This document shows positions 18,003-28,110 of a DNA stretch of 64,000 bases, piece after piece (the first letter of the stretch is position 1; each line of letters opens with the position of its first letter). The stretch is taken from the sequence record PQ390715.1; one strand, written 5' to 3'. The position numbers and the translations under genes are program-made. The notes under the pieces were generated by a model, which did no database searches, had not been told where the DNA came from, and saw only the letters and a program-made list of their open reading frames with translations.

Positions 18003-18270
18003 TGATTACTTTTGATTACATTTGATGTAATTTGCAAAATGGAAAAGGAGCTTGGAAACTACAAAGTACGGCAGACTTCCTCTGCCTACTTAGTGGCATA
18101 TCGACACCTTCAGTACTGAATACTTTTGGGGCAGTACTGAATCCTTCCCTAGCATTCTTGAGTAATCTTGTCTATAATAATCAGTACTGAATCATATATA
18201 ATCATTCTGTGATTCTACGGTGCTCATATAAATGTTTATATATGATTACTTATGACTACCTATGATTACG
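18003..18270. repeat. 10-bp-phased TGA(T/C)TAC repeats, two clusters
   Basis: At 18003 and 18013 (18023 degenerate), and at 18243, 18253, 18263. Confidence 0.7.
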
Positions 18271-18281
18271 GGGTTTAGCCT

Positions 18282-18366
18282 GGGGAGAATCCTAGTGATC
18301 GCATTTGTCCAGGCTGAATTTTAACAATTCGCCTGTACATAAAGGTTGTTCACTAGGAGCTTCCCC
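18282..18366. other. 85-nt imperfect rod-like inverted repeat
   Basis: GGGGA/TCCCC, TCCTAGTGA/TCACTAGGA, CAGGC/GCCTG and GAATT/AATTC arms around a central bubble. Confidence 0.7.
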
Positions 18367-18383
18367 TGTCTCTATGTGTTTAA

Positions 18384-20502
18384 TTACTTTCTATATATAA
18401 GCATTAAGATATAGTAGTACTGATTATACTGTACATTCTCTTTAATATTATAAGGGTCTATAGCAATCTCGGTACATCTGTTAAATGCATATCTATTAAA
18501 TGCCAGTGGAATTATAGATCTAATCCATACTTGTTCATTTTCTTTTAGTTTACTTATATAGAAGTTTTTATACATAGTATTCTCTATTAATTAATATGAT
18601 AGTACTAGTGTTAGTACTGAGCACAATTGTTCTTTATAGTTCTTATGGTATATAGAATCTTTTATGCACTCATTGAAGTGCCATAGGTATAATCTTGGGT
18701 CGCATTCTTTATATATTCTTACGGGGACGAATGTTAGTTTTCGTATATAGAATTCTTTATGTTCTTTATTCATATTAGTACCTGAATATAAGTAGGATTA
18801 TGTTATAGTACTGGTTAGTACTGCAATGATTCTCTATACATCGATTAACAGTTATGGAATAGCTATATCTGGCGTAAGCATTATCCAGGGGGATTTTACA
18901 TTGAGCACTTAGAGAAAGTACAGTAGGTAGTGTATTCAAATAGAAGTCTTTGTAATTATTCATACAGGAATAGTATACCTATGATGCCGGAGTACAGGTT
19001 AGTACTGTTACCATCTTCATTTGCGTTTAAAGTCATTTGAATACAATTATTGTAGCATACTCTGCCGAAAAATGTATTAGTACTTAAAGGTGGAGTAGTC
19101 CTTAGAAACATTTGTTCTGAGGGGCTTATGTATTTGGAGTAGAATTCTTTATGTTCTTTATTCATATTAGTTAGTGTCTGTATATAAGTAATAGTAAGAA
19201 TACGTACTGCACATCTTCATCTTTAGTATTGAGTACTGTACGTATTGCGTCATTAAACAAGAATATAGTACTTGGGTCATGAGAATTTAAAGGGGTTCTG
19301 GGTACGGCACATTTGTAGTTCCCTTTAACAAATTGTGTGTAGTATTCTCTATGCATATTAGTACCTATATATTAGGGCGATAATGTAGTACAATTCATAT
19401 GGAATGTAATTTGGGGTGATCGCACACTGTGTATGGTAAATGAATTGTTCGGTATTTTTCTTATCCTTGATATCTATTGGGATTAGTGGTATAAGCATTT
19501 GGGAGTTTAGATCGAGATGGCTTAAGTAGAATTCTTTATGCATATTGTTCTCTTAGAATACGAAAGCTAGGTACAGGGTATGATACAGTACTCGATGGTA
19601 GCTGTCATGATCTAGTATACATGCTTTAGTGCACATAGTAAAGTACACTTTATCGTTTTGTGCATTGATACCGCGAGGTTTATCTAATAGATTAGTACTG
19701 AGGTACATTGGGAAATATTTTGTGTAGTATTCTTTATGCATATTAGTACCTGAATATAAGTAGGATAGTGTTATATAGCTGGTCATAACTACTACTATTT
19801 TCTATACTTCGTTCTATGCAGTTATTGAATCCCAGTACTGCCAAATCGTTATCCATAGGGACTTTATATCTGGCGTAGTGTTCAAAAATGCTGGGGAGAA
19901 ATTGTGTGTAGTATTCTTTGTGCATATTAGTACCTATATATTAGTAAAAGGATGTGATACAGTACTCGATTATAGTCTTCAATATATATCGAGGATTTAG
20001 TGCACTGAATGAAGTAGTCTTTTTCGTAGTTTTTTTCTATACCCAATGGTACTGTTGGTACAAGGTGTTGGAGATACATTGGGAGTTTCTCTATGTAGTA
20101 TTCTATGTAGTATTCTTTGTGGTTATTCATATTATGTGTTATTTCGTGAAAACAAGGGTTAGTACTGCATAGTACAAGTCATACGTATCTTTAGGGTTAA
20201 TAGCACCTTTAATACATTCTTTCATTAATTCATTATAGATAATTTTAGTACTGAATGTATTGGATGTTACTATATCGGAATTAAGGTACGAGAGGTAGAA
20301 TTCTTTATAAGTATTCATATTAGTACCTGAATGTTAGCATTACTACGTAGTACAGCATATATGGATTATCATCGTATATGAGCGTGTACTTAGTACATTG
20401 TTGGAACATTATCTTTGCGTGATCTTTGATACCCAATGCAACGTTTGGTATATGGTGTTGTAGATGCATTGGGATTTTATCTTTGTAGTATTCTTTATAC
20501 AT
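18384..20502 (-). CDS. Eleven tandem ~60-aa paralogues: 18384-18575, 18591-18773, 18775-18963, 18956-19165, 19171-19356, 19358-19543, 19553-19741, 19743-19925, 19927-20130, 20139-20318 (manual), 20320-20502
   Basis: Shared M..(H/Y)K(E/D)(F/Y)Y start, central F..C, and Y...(L/I)L(L/I)(I/F)(Y/F)RY end; 1-2 nt gaps; repeated junction TATTAGTACCT. Confidence 0.85.
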
Positions 20503-21154
20503 AGTTTGAAATATACGTAATGAGGTGATGAAATTTCTTATCAGTACTGATAAGTTCCTGTACATGTTTTGTTAGATTGTACGCGTTTTTATAGAGTTCT
20601 GGATTATCGATTACAGTACTGTACATGAATTCTTCTTCTGGTGTTAATTCTTTGTTTTGTAGTTCTTTTAGGAATTGCAGTACTGTATCAGTTTCGTTAG
20701 TACGTTGCTTTTGGAAGAAGTGCATGTTATCGTGTATTTTTTCTGAACCCATGCAGTACATATCGCCGATTTGGAATTGTGCAGTACTGATATCATGGGT
20801 GCTATTACAATTCCCGAAGAAGTATACATTCCCGAAAGATAGAATTATAGTGCACGGGATATTATCCATGTGTATATAGATAGATGCATTCTTTAGTGCT
20901 TTTGTGCTGGTATTAGTACTCAATACTTTTAAATCAGTATTATAGATATTAATAAAAGCAAGAGCTATATTATTTTTCTTCAAGTACGATTTGAGGTTCT
21001 TAGATACGAGAACATTTCTGGATTTTTTCTTTTTATTTCGTTTCTTTAGTACATTTGGGTGATACGTATATGCTGGTGTAAAAGATTCTGCTTGAATACT
21101 GTTGAGGTATTTAAAGTGCTTAAGGTATTGTTTGCTGTGTGGATTAAGTTTCAT
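20495..21154 (-). CDS. Hypothetical 219-aa protein embedded in the small-paralogue array
   Basis: AAGGA RBS; no recognisable motif. Confidence 0.7.
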   Translation of the reverse strand: MKLNPHSKQYLKHFKYLNSIQAESFTPAYTYHPNVLKKRNKKKKSRNVLVSKNLKSYLKKNNIALAFINIYNTDLKVLSTNTSTKALKNASIYIHMDNIPCTIILSFGNVYFFGNCNSTHDISTAQFQIGDMYCMGSEKIHDNMHFFQKQRTNETDTVLQFLKELQNKELTPEEEFMYSTVIDNPELYKNAYNLTKHVQELISTDKKFHHLITYISNYV

Positions 21155-21164
21155 TTGGTTTCCT

Positions 21165-22309
21165 TTATATAGATGCCAGGGCAATGATTTCCCTGTAGGG
21201 ATTATCTTGTGTTAGTACAGCATAAATGCAGCTATTGAGATTAATATTTTTAGTACTTTTTGTTCCTAGTTTGTAGTACTTCACGAAGGTGTCGTACATG
21301 AAACGGTCTTTAATGCTTATGTGTTCTCTATAGAATTGTTGCATAGTATTCCTTACATAGAGATGAGTTTCAGTACATCAATATACATATAACGTTCAGA
21401 TGACTGTACACGGGTAGTGATAATCTCAATCGATATGTTTTTAATTAGAGGTGAAGATGATTGATGGTTCTGAATAAATGTGTGGTGCATACTTTGTTCT
21501 ATGTGGTTTAGTTTATTGAAGTAGTACTCAAAAGTGTTCATGTCTACCTTAGATTGAGATTAGTTTAAGTACTTCTCTGTACGTGTACTTTTCGTTTTGT
21601 GCTTCTACTGTACACGAGAGTAGATAACGTTTTTTATCTCTTTTGTTCCCGACTGTGTAGTACCTTTGGAATTTATTATAGTTGTATCTATCTTTGTGCT
21701 GGAGGTTATAGATATAGAATTCTTGCATAGAGTACCTTATATTGCTATCAGTTTGAGTACTTCAATATATGTGCGGTACTCTGCTTTAATTAAATTTGTA
21801 CACACTGTAAGGGAATTTCTTTGTATAAGTTTATTGCCGCTTTTATACGCATTTCTCCACACATAGAGATGAGATCTTTCAGGCATAGATAGTTTATTGG
21901 TATAGTACTCAAATGTATTCATATATTACCTCAAATAGAGATTAGTTTAAGTACTTCTCTGTATGTGTACTTTTCGTTTTGTGCATCTCTTGTGCTTGTA
22001 TATAGGTATCCTCGACGATATTTGTTGCTCCCGTTCTTGTAGTTGAATTCGAACTTATTGTAGATGAATCTATCGCCAGGCTGTAATTTACTTAAGTACA
22101 ATTCAATGCTCATAGTATTCTCTTTACATATCAATAAGTTTCAGTACTGCTCGGTACGTGTACTTAGTTGTCAGTGCTTCTTTAATAGAAATACAGAAGT
22201 AATGTTGTTTGTCTCTTATACTGCCGCGTTTGTAGTACCACACATGGGAGTTGTGACTGTACTTGTCTCTGTCGGATAGTTGTTGGTAGTAGTAGCTTAT
22301 ATGATTCAT
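21165..22309 (-). CDS. Six tandem ~60-aa paralogues, subfamily 2: 21165-21344 (manual), 21353-21541, 21549-21728 (manual), 21737-21922, 21931-22113, 22124-22309
   Basis: Shared C-terminal Y(T)YREVLKLISI; M..F.YY..KL start. Confidence 0.85.
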
Positions 22310-22361
22310 TATAATGTAATTAGCCTTACTATATTAAAGTACTCGGTCCCTGGTGTACCTT

Positions 22362-23187
22362 TTAGAACTTAAAGATGAGGTTCAGGATAGAGCGGTACTT
22401 AGTTTCAGGGAACTGATGTTCTATTGCATAACGTGTCACCATCCTGAAATCGTAATTATAATACAGATTATCCTTTCTCATAGGTGGTGCTAAAGAGAAT
22501 GATAGCTGTTCTTGTTTGGGTAGTTTACTACAATAGAAATCTTTATGATTATTCATAGAAATATATTAGTCCTATTAAACCTGAGTACATAATATTTTTG
22601 TTATTGCATTCGATTGCTTCTAGAGTACTACGTATACAATTATTAAAGCAATCTCTACCGAATTGAGTATTGGTACTTACAGGTGATACACTCCTTAGAA
22701 ACAATTGTTCTTCGTTGCTAAGGTATTTGGTGTAGAATTCTTTATGTTCAGTATTCATATTAGTACTCGATTAATAGGGTAAGGATGTAATAGTATTGCA
22801 TACATTCTACCCCTTGTAAAGCATTTCTTATGTTATTATTCCTGTACGAGTTCAGGAGTTTAGGGCTACGTTTGAGGTGTTTGAAATTAGTTTGTGTATG
22901 CAGTAGGCTTTCACGTAGACCTTTTGTTGGTAGTGCATCGATGTAGTACTGTTCGATATTCATATAGATAGCAGTACTAAGATTTTTGATAATTGTTTAT
23001 TGCTATCCCCGCAGATGTTGCTGTGTAAAATACTCACAATGAGGGTATCAATTGCATTGTTCATCATAAGGGTGCATCCTGGACTATTATAATTTTTTAG
23101 CTCAATTAGCCACGAACTATCCGCGAGAAATTCCCCGTACTCTAGTTCATTTAGAGTATTGAGGTAGTACTTAAGAGTATTTGTCAT
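22362..23187 (-). CDS. Four further small paralogues: 22362-22556, 22549-22758, 22760-22963, 22960-23187
   Basis: 22549 is a close paralogue of 18956 (EHKEFY.KY.S..EQ.FLR...P.STNT.FGR.C.NNCI). Confidence 0.8.
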
Positions 23188-23212
23188 GTGTAGTTCTCCT
23201 TATATTCCTTCT

Positions 23213-23241
23213 ATAGTACACCAGTACTGAAAGAATGTCAA
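23213..23241 (-). promoter_or_regulatory. Sigma70-type promoter of the small-paralogue operon
   Basis: TTGACA-17-TACTAT with AGTACT in the spacer. Confidence 0.75.
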
Positions 23242-23290
23242 GGGTTTTCGTTAGGAGGTAAATATGATATAATGAATAAAGGAGAAAATA

Positions 23291-24400
23291 ATGTTACCTT
23301 TTGGAAGAATGTTAAAGTATGGGAATGTAGCACCTGTACCCAAAAAAATAAAGAAAGTTATTGCAGGATATGATAATTTATATGTACTATATGGTGATGG
23401 ATCGCTATATGGTTGTGGAATCAATAACTATCAACAGTTAAATATTACTGGAACTACTACACAAAATAAATGGGTACTGATTACAAATGGCGTTAATAAT
23501 GCATGGGCTGGTGGATATAATATTTTATATTTTAAAGAAGATAAATTTATAATGCACGGAACTAATGTCTCATTAGGTTTAGGAAATAATACAATTCCAC
23601 TAGGTGGAGTAGATGTAACTTCTTCATTTCCAGATATATCTGATATTAAAATGATATCCATTGGTTTTGATTCAATGCACTATGTTAGTGCTGATGGTAA
23701 AATTGTATATGGAAGAGGTATGAACACAAATGGTTCTGTTGGTTCAGGTAGTACTTACTCACAGAGTACTTTTACTTCAGTACTGAATAATGGCACTAAT
23801 CAGGTTATTGATATATTTGGTAACGTTAATAATACAGTGCTTCTAACGTCAAATGGCGAGCTTCGTGCGTGTGGTACAAGTGCTTATGGTTCCATAGGAA
23901 ATGAAACTGGTAAGTGGACATCGTTTGGTTTAAAATTATCTGGCACTAAAATAATGGGTGGTAATGCGTATAGTACGCTTGCATATACAAATGCGGGAAT
24001 GTACCACACAGGGTGGCAGTTAAATGGGGAACTGGGAAATGGTTTAGATACTAACGTACAGGTATATCCATTTCAATTTAACTCTAAAACAATAGATAGC
24101 AAGATAGATAAAATTGCTAAATCATCATCTGGGTCATATGTTAATATGTACTCAACAACAGAAGGAAAGATATATACTACAGGTGCATATGGTAAAAACG
24201 GCTCAACTACTGCATTGAATTTGTTCACCAATACACTAACACTTGAAAATTACAATCCAGATGCCGCAGCGTTGTATACGTGCACAAACTTCAGTGTTGT
24301 ATATGATGGTAATGAAACTATTGCTGTAAGTGGTAGTCCTACATATGTACCAGGTGACGTTGCCGCAAATAGATGGACCACAATTCCATTACCCAAGTAA
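23291..24400 (+). CDS. RCC1/BLIP-II-like beta-propeller, copy 1
   Basis: G.N..GQLG.G-type repeats; MLPFGRM N-terminus. Confidence 0.85.
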   Translation: MLPFGRMLKYGNVAPVPKKIKKVIAGYDNLYVLYGDGSLYGCGINNYQQLNITGTTTQNKWVLITNGVNNAWAGGYNILYFKEDKFIMHGTNVSLGLGNNTIPLGGVDVTSSFPDISDIKMISIGFDSMHYVSADGKIVYGRGMNTNGSVGSGSTYSQSTFTSVLNNGTNQVIDIFGNVNNTVLLTSNGELRACGTSAYGSIGNETGKWTSFGLKLSGTKIMGGNAYSTLAYTNAGMYHTGWQLNGELGNGLDTNVQVYPFQFNSKTIDSKIDKIAKSSSGSYVNMYSTTEGKIYTTGAYGKNGSTTALNLFTNTLTLENYNPDAAALYTCTNFSVVYDGNETIAVSGSPTYVPGDVAANRWTTIPLPK

Positions 24401-24469
24401 TACGATGCCAGTACTTGATACTGGCTTTCTTATTTGTATTAAATATAGTATAATGATAAAGGAGGAACT

Positions 24470-25648
24470 ATGTTACCTTTTGGAAGAATGTTGAATTATG
24501 GAAATGAAGCACCGGGCGTACCAACACCAAAAGATTTCTTTTTGGATGTATCATCCGGCAAACCTACTATGTTGATGCTTTTGGATAACGGCGAAGTATG
24601 GGGTTGTAGTAATGATGGACAACTATTAGGTTTAAACACTACCGCGTCAGCATACGGTAAGCCATACTTTGTTATGGAAAATGTTAAGTTAATGTTCGCG
24701 TCAGTGTGGGGGACATTACTTATCACTAACGATAATAAAGTGAAGTACACTGGTAGACAAACCATGTTTAATGGTTCATCTAATTATTGGAGTACTTTTC
24801 AAGATTTTACAACGAAGTACACGACTGTTGGTATTGACATAAGTACTATAGAAAAAGTTGGATTCAATACTGGTACATTATTCCTACGCACAACTAATGG
24901 TGATTTATGGGGTCATGGAAATAACGCTAATGGTTATTTCGGAAAAGGAAATACCGTGGCGAATTACACACCAACCAAGATCAAGACTAATACATTAGAT
25001 TTTTGGTTAACTAATGGGAATGCAATTGTACAAACTGGCCCTAAAGAATTCTATGCTACTGGTGATAATTATTATTATCAAATGGGTGTTACGACTACTG
25101 GTAATATAACAACATGGACACAGATTTTTAAGGACGCTACTGATGATCCTGAGTTTGAATATAATGCAATGCGAACAAGTCAAGCAACATTAATACTTTA
25201 CGGTAAAGGAACTACATTCTACGCAAGTGGGAGAAACTATATGAGTTCATGGGGTGTATCTGGAGCACCAGTGGATGTTAATACTACACTATATAAAGGT
25301 ACGTTACCATTTGTACCCGGGGATTTAACATATTTTTATGCTGGTCGAGAACAAGCATATTGGACTAACTTAATCATTGATACTAATGGAGTTCTGTACA
25401 TATCTGGAACAAAAGATGGGGGTGGTGGTTCAAATGCACCTATATTTGAAGTATTACCAACCCCAAGTAGTGCAGTTGGATTCAAATGTGGTACAGCAAC
25501 ACGTTCTTATGCTATAATGGATTGTACTGGCAATCAATTTATGTACGCACGTGGTACAGCTTTGTCAGACCCTGCTGGCTTTACACCAATGAGTACACCA
25601 TTAAATCATACATGGACACACATAACAGATTTTAAATTTAACCGATAA
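24470..25648 (+). CDS. RCC1-like beta-propeller, copy 2
   Basis: As copy 1. Confidence 0.85.
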   Translation: MLPFGRMLNYGNEAPGVPTPKDFFLDVSSGKPTMLMLLDNGEVWGCSNDGQLLGLNTTASAYGKPYFVMENVKLMFASVWGTLLITNDNKVKYTGRQTMFNGSSNYWSTFQDFTTKYTTVGIDISTIEKVGFNTGTLFLRTTNGDLWGHGNNANGYFGKGNTVANYTPTKIKTNTLDFWLTNGNAIVQTGPKEFYATGDNYYYQMGVTTTGNITTWTQIFKDATDDPEFEYNAMRTSQATLILYGKGTTFYASGRNYMSSWGVSGAPVDVNTTLYKGTLPFVPGDLTYFYAGREQAYWTNLIIDTNGVLYISGTKDGGGGSNAPIFEVLPTPSSAVGFKCGTATRSYAIMDCTGNQFMYARGTALSDPAGFTPMSTPLNHTWTHITDFKFNR

Positions 25649-25719
25649 TATTATGCCAGTACTTGATACTGGCATTTCTTTTTGTATTAAATATAGTATA
25701 ATGAATAAAGGAGGGAAAT

Positions 25720-26922
25720 ATGTTACCTTTTGGAAGAATGGTTAAGTACGCAAATATTGCACCAGGTCCAGAACCTGTAGAGTTCTCAGATGTTTTACAA
25801 CAACATTATACAAACTGTATGTATCTCCATAACCCAACTAATACTTTATATGGTTATGGTAGTAATAACTTTTATCAATTTGGTCTTGGGAATTCAGCAG
25901 CAGTTTCGTCATTTACAGTACTTGCAAGGAACTGTGCAGCCTTTTGGCTTGGTGTTCAAGGTTCGTTGATGATTGATTTGGATAATAAAATATACTACAC
26001 TGGGTCGGTTGGTGCATTTTCTGATTATGGAGATGCAACACCTGTTAATGGTTATTTGACAACATGGACTGATGTTACTGTTGCATTTAATAAAATAGGT
26101 GTTATGGCTAATATGATCAAGAGTGTATATATAGGTGAAAGTACTAGAATATTATTAACCGATGGTAGAGTAATTGCGTGTGGAAGAAATACCAATGGTG
26201 AATGTGGCTCTGGTAATAAAAATTCCATCCCTACACTCACAGTTATGACTAATATGGGTGAAGTTACACATATGGCATGTTCATTACAAGGAACGCACTA
26301 TATCAAATCAAATAAAGATGCATGGTTTTGTGGTAAGGATAACTTTGGTGAAAGTGGATGTGGTGGTAGTTCTGTTGTATATTTGAACAAATTCGTGATT
26401 AGTAATGTAGAACATATTAGTACTACATACGATGTTACTTGGTGGTTTACTACTGGTGGGTCTGTATATTATAGCGGGGTTAACAGTACTGGACAAGCTG
26501 GTAATGGTACGACTACATCGGTAAATCAGCTAACACCAATTAGGAACACATCGGTCACGGTTGATGTAAGTAAGTACAGTACTTTTATTTGTCCAAGTAA
26601 TATGGGAAATGCATCAATTGGTGCACCTATGGCACAATACGCACCATATGTTAGAAGTAGTGGTGCTAACTCATATGGTCAAGAAGGTAATGGAACTAAT
26701 ACATTAGTTAGAACTTGGAATATTTTTAATCTTAGTGCAATAAGTGGTGGTTATGACAATGTTCTTATGGCATCTAAAGATTGGAGCAGAACCATAATAA
26801 TTACTAAAGATTATAAATTATATGCATGTGGTGGCTGGAATGGAAATGGTGGTAGATTACCTAATGGTACTTATAGTATTACTACACTAACATTAATGCC
26901 AACGCAGTTATGGCAACAATAG
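25720..26922 (+). CDS. RCC1-like beta-propeller, copy 3
   Basis: GRNTNGECGSG and GANSYGQEGNG repeats. Confidence 0.85.
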   Translation: MLPFGRMVKYANIAPGPEPVEFSDVLQQHYTNCMYLHNPTNTLYGYGSNNFYQFGLGNSAAVSSFTVLARNCAAFWLGVQGSLMIDLDNKIYYTGSVGAFSDYGDATPVNGYLTTWTDVTVAFNKIGVMANMIKSVYIGESTRILLTDGRVIACGRNTNGECGSGNKNSIPTLTVMTNMGEVTHMACSLQGTHYIKSNKDAWFCGKDNFGESGCGGSSVVYLNKFVISNVEHISTTYDVTWWFTTGGSVYYSGVNSTGQAGNGTTTSVNQLTPIRNTSVTVDVSKYSTFICPSNMGNASIGAPMAQYAPYVRSSGANSYGQEGNGTNTLVRTWNIFNLSAISGGYDNVLMASKDWSRTIIITKDYKLYACGGWNGNGGRLPNGTYSITTLTLMPTQLWQQ

Positions 26923-26930
26923 GAGGGAAT

Positions 26931-28040
26931 ATGTTACCTTTTGGAAGAATGATTAGGTATGGAAATATTGTCCCTGGTCCTAAAAAAATAATTAAAGTTG
27001 GTGCTTCTACCCAAGGCCAATTCTTATTGACTGATTCACATGATTTATATTACATAGGTAGAAATCAAGGTGGTGAATCTGGAAATGGTAATACCAACAC
27101 GGTGTCTTCGTGGACATTAGTAAGTGCAGATGTTTCTAATTTTTTCGTGGGTGATCGTACACTTGTTATTATTAAAAATGATAATACGATATGGACATCA
27201 GGTCAAACGTACTGGTTCTCATCTTCTACAACTACTTCTTACAGTACTGTATTAGTTGAAAGGACTAGTTGGTTTACCAATGCTATACCAGTCAGTGAAA
27301 TTGCTAATATTGTATGCACAAATGGTTTAATATTTGTACTTAGCACTAATTCAGTACTCTATGGTGCAGGAGATAATGGATATCGTGGTTCTTTGGGTAT
27401 TGGTTCCTCATCAATTTACACATTAACTCAATGTGCTACGAACGTTCGTAAAGTAATGACCAATGCGAATGATAGTATGTATCTTACATTAGATAATAAG
27501 CTATATAGTTCTGGATGGAATAGTAGTGGGCAGCATGGTACGGGGAACCAAACACAAATTAACACTTGGGGATTGCGTAGTTCTGGTGTAATCGATGCAG
27601 CCATTGGTGGTAATGCATTAAATTACTATAATGGTACATCATATTTCGTATGTGGTCAAACTCCAAACTTTCTTAGTTCAGGTACGACTACATTCCGTGC
27701 AGTTCCTGTAAGTACTTTGCCTAATAGTTCTCCGTTGTTTATGACGAATTCACCTGCATTAAATACTGCTACACAAATGGTAATTACTAGTACATATCAA
27801 AAGGGTGTTGGGGCGAACCGTGGTTTGGGATTAAACAATTCTCAAACTGGTGCTATATATAGTGCTACCAATTTACAATTACCCGTTGAAGTTAGTGAGA
27901 TTAGGGATGTTCTTTTTAGTGATGGTTTGACATCGATATTAACCAAAAATGGAGATGTGTATAGTACTGGATCGTATTACGCCATTCCAGGTGCAATCGA
28001 GGATGTTGCAGTCTTTACTAAAATTGATTTACCAAAATAA
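26931..28040 (+). CDS. RCC1-like beta-propeller, copy 4
   Basis: GWNSSGQHGTG repeat; start at MLPFGRM. Confidence 0.85.
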   Translation: MLPFGRMIRYGNIVPGPKKIIKVGASTQGQFLLTDSHDLYYIGRNQGGESGNGNTNTVSSWTLVSADVSNFFVGDRTLVIIKNDNTIWTSGQTYWFSSSTTTSYSTVLVERTSWFTNAIPVSEIANIVCTNGLIFVLSTNSVLYGAGDNGYRGSLGIGSSSIYTLTQCATNVRKVMTNANDSMYLTLDNKLYSSGWNSSGQHGTGNQTQINTWGLRSSGVIDAAIGGNALNYYNGTSYFVCGQTPNFLSSGTTTFRAVPVSTLPNSSPLFMTNSPALNTATQMVITSTYQKGVGANRGLGLNNSQTGAIYSATNLQLPVEVSEIRDVLFSDGLTSILTKNGDVYSTGSYYAIPGAIEDVAVFTKIDLPK

Positions 28041-28110
28041 CATAATGCCAGTACACTGTACTGGCTTTCTTATTTGTATTAAATATAGTATAACAAATAA
28101 AGGAGGGAAT

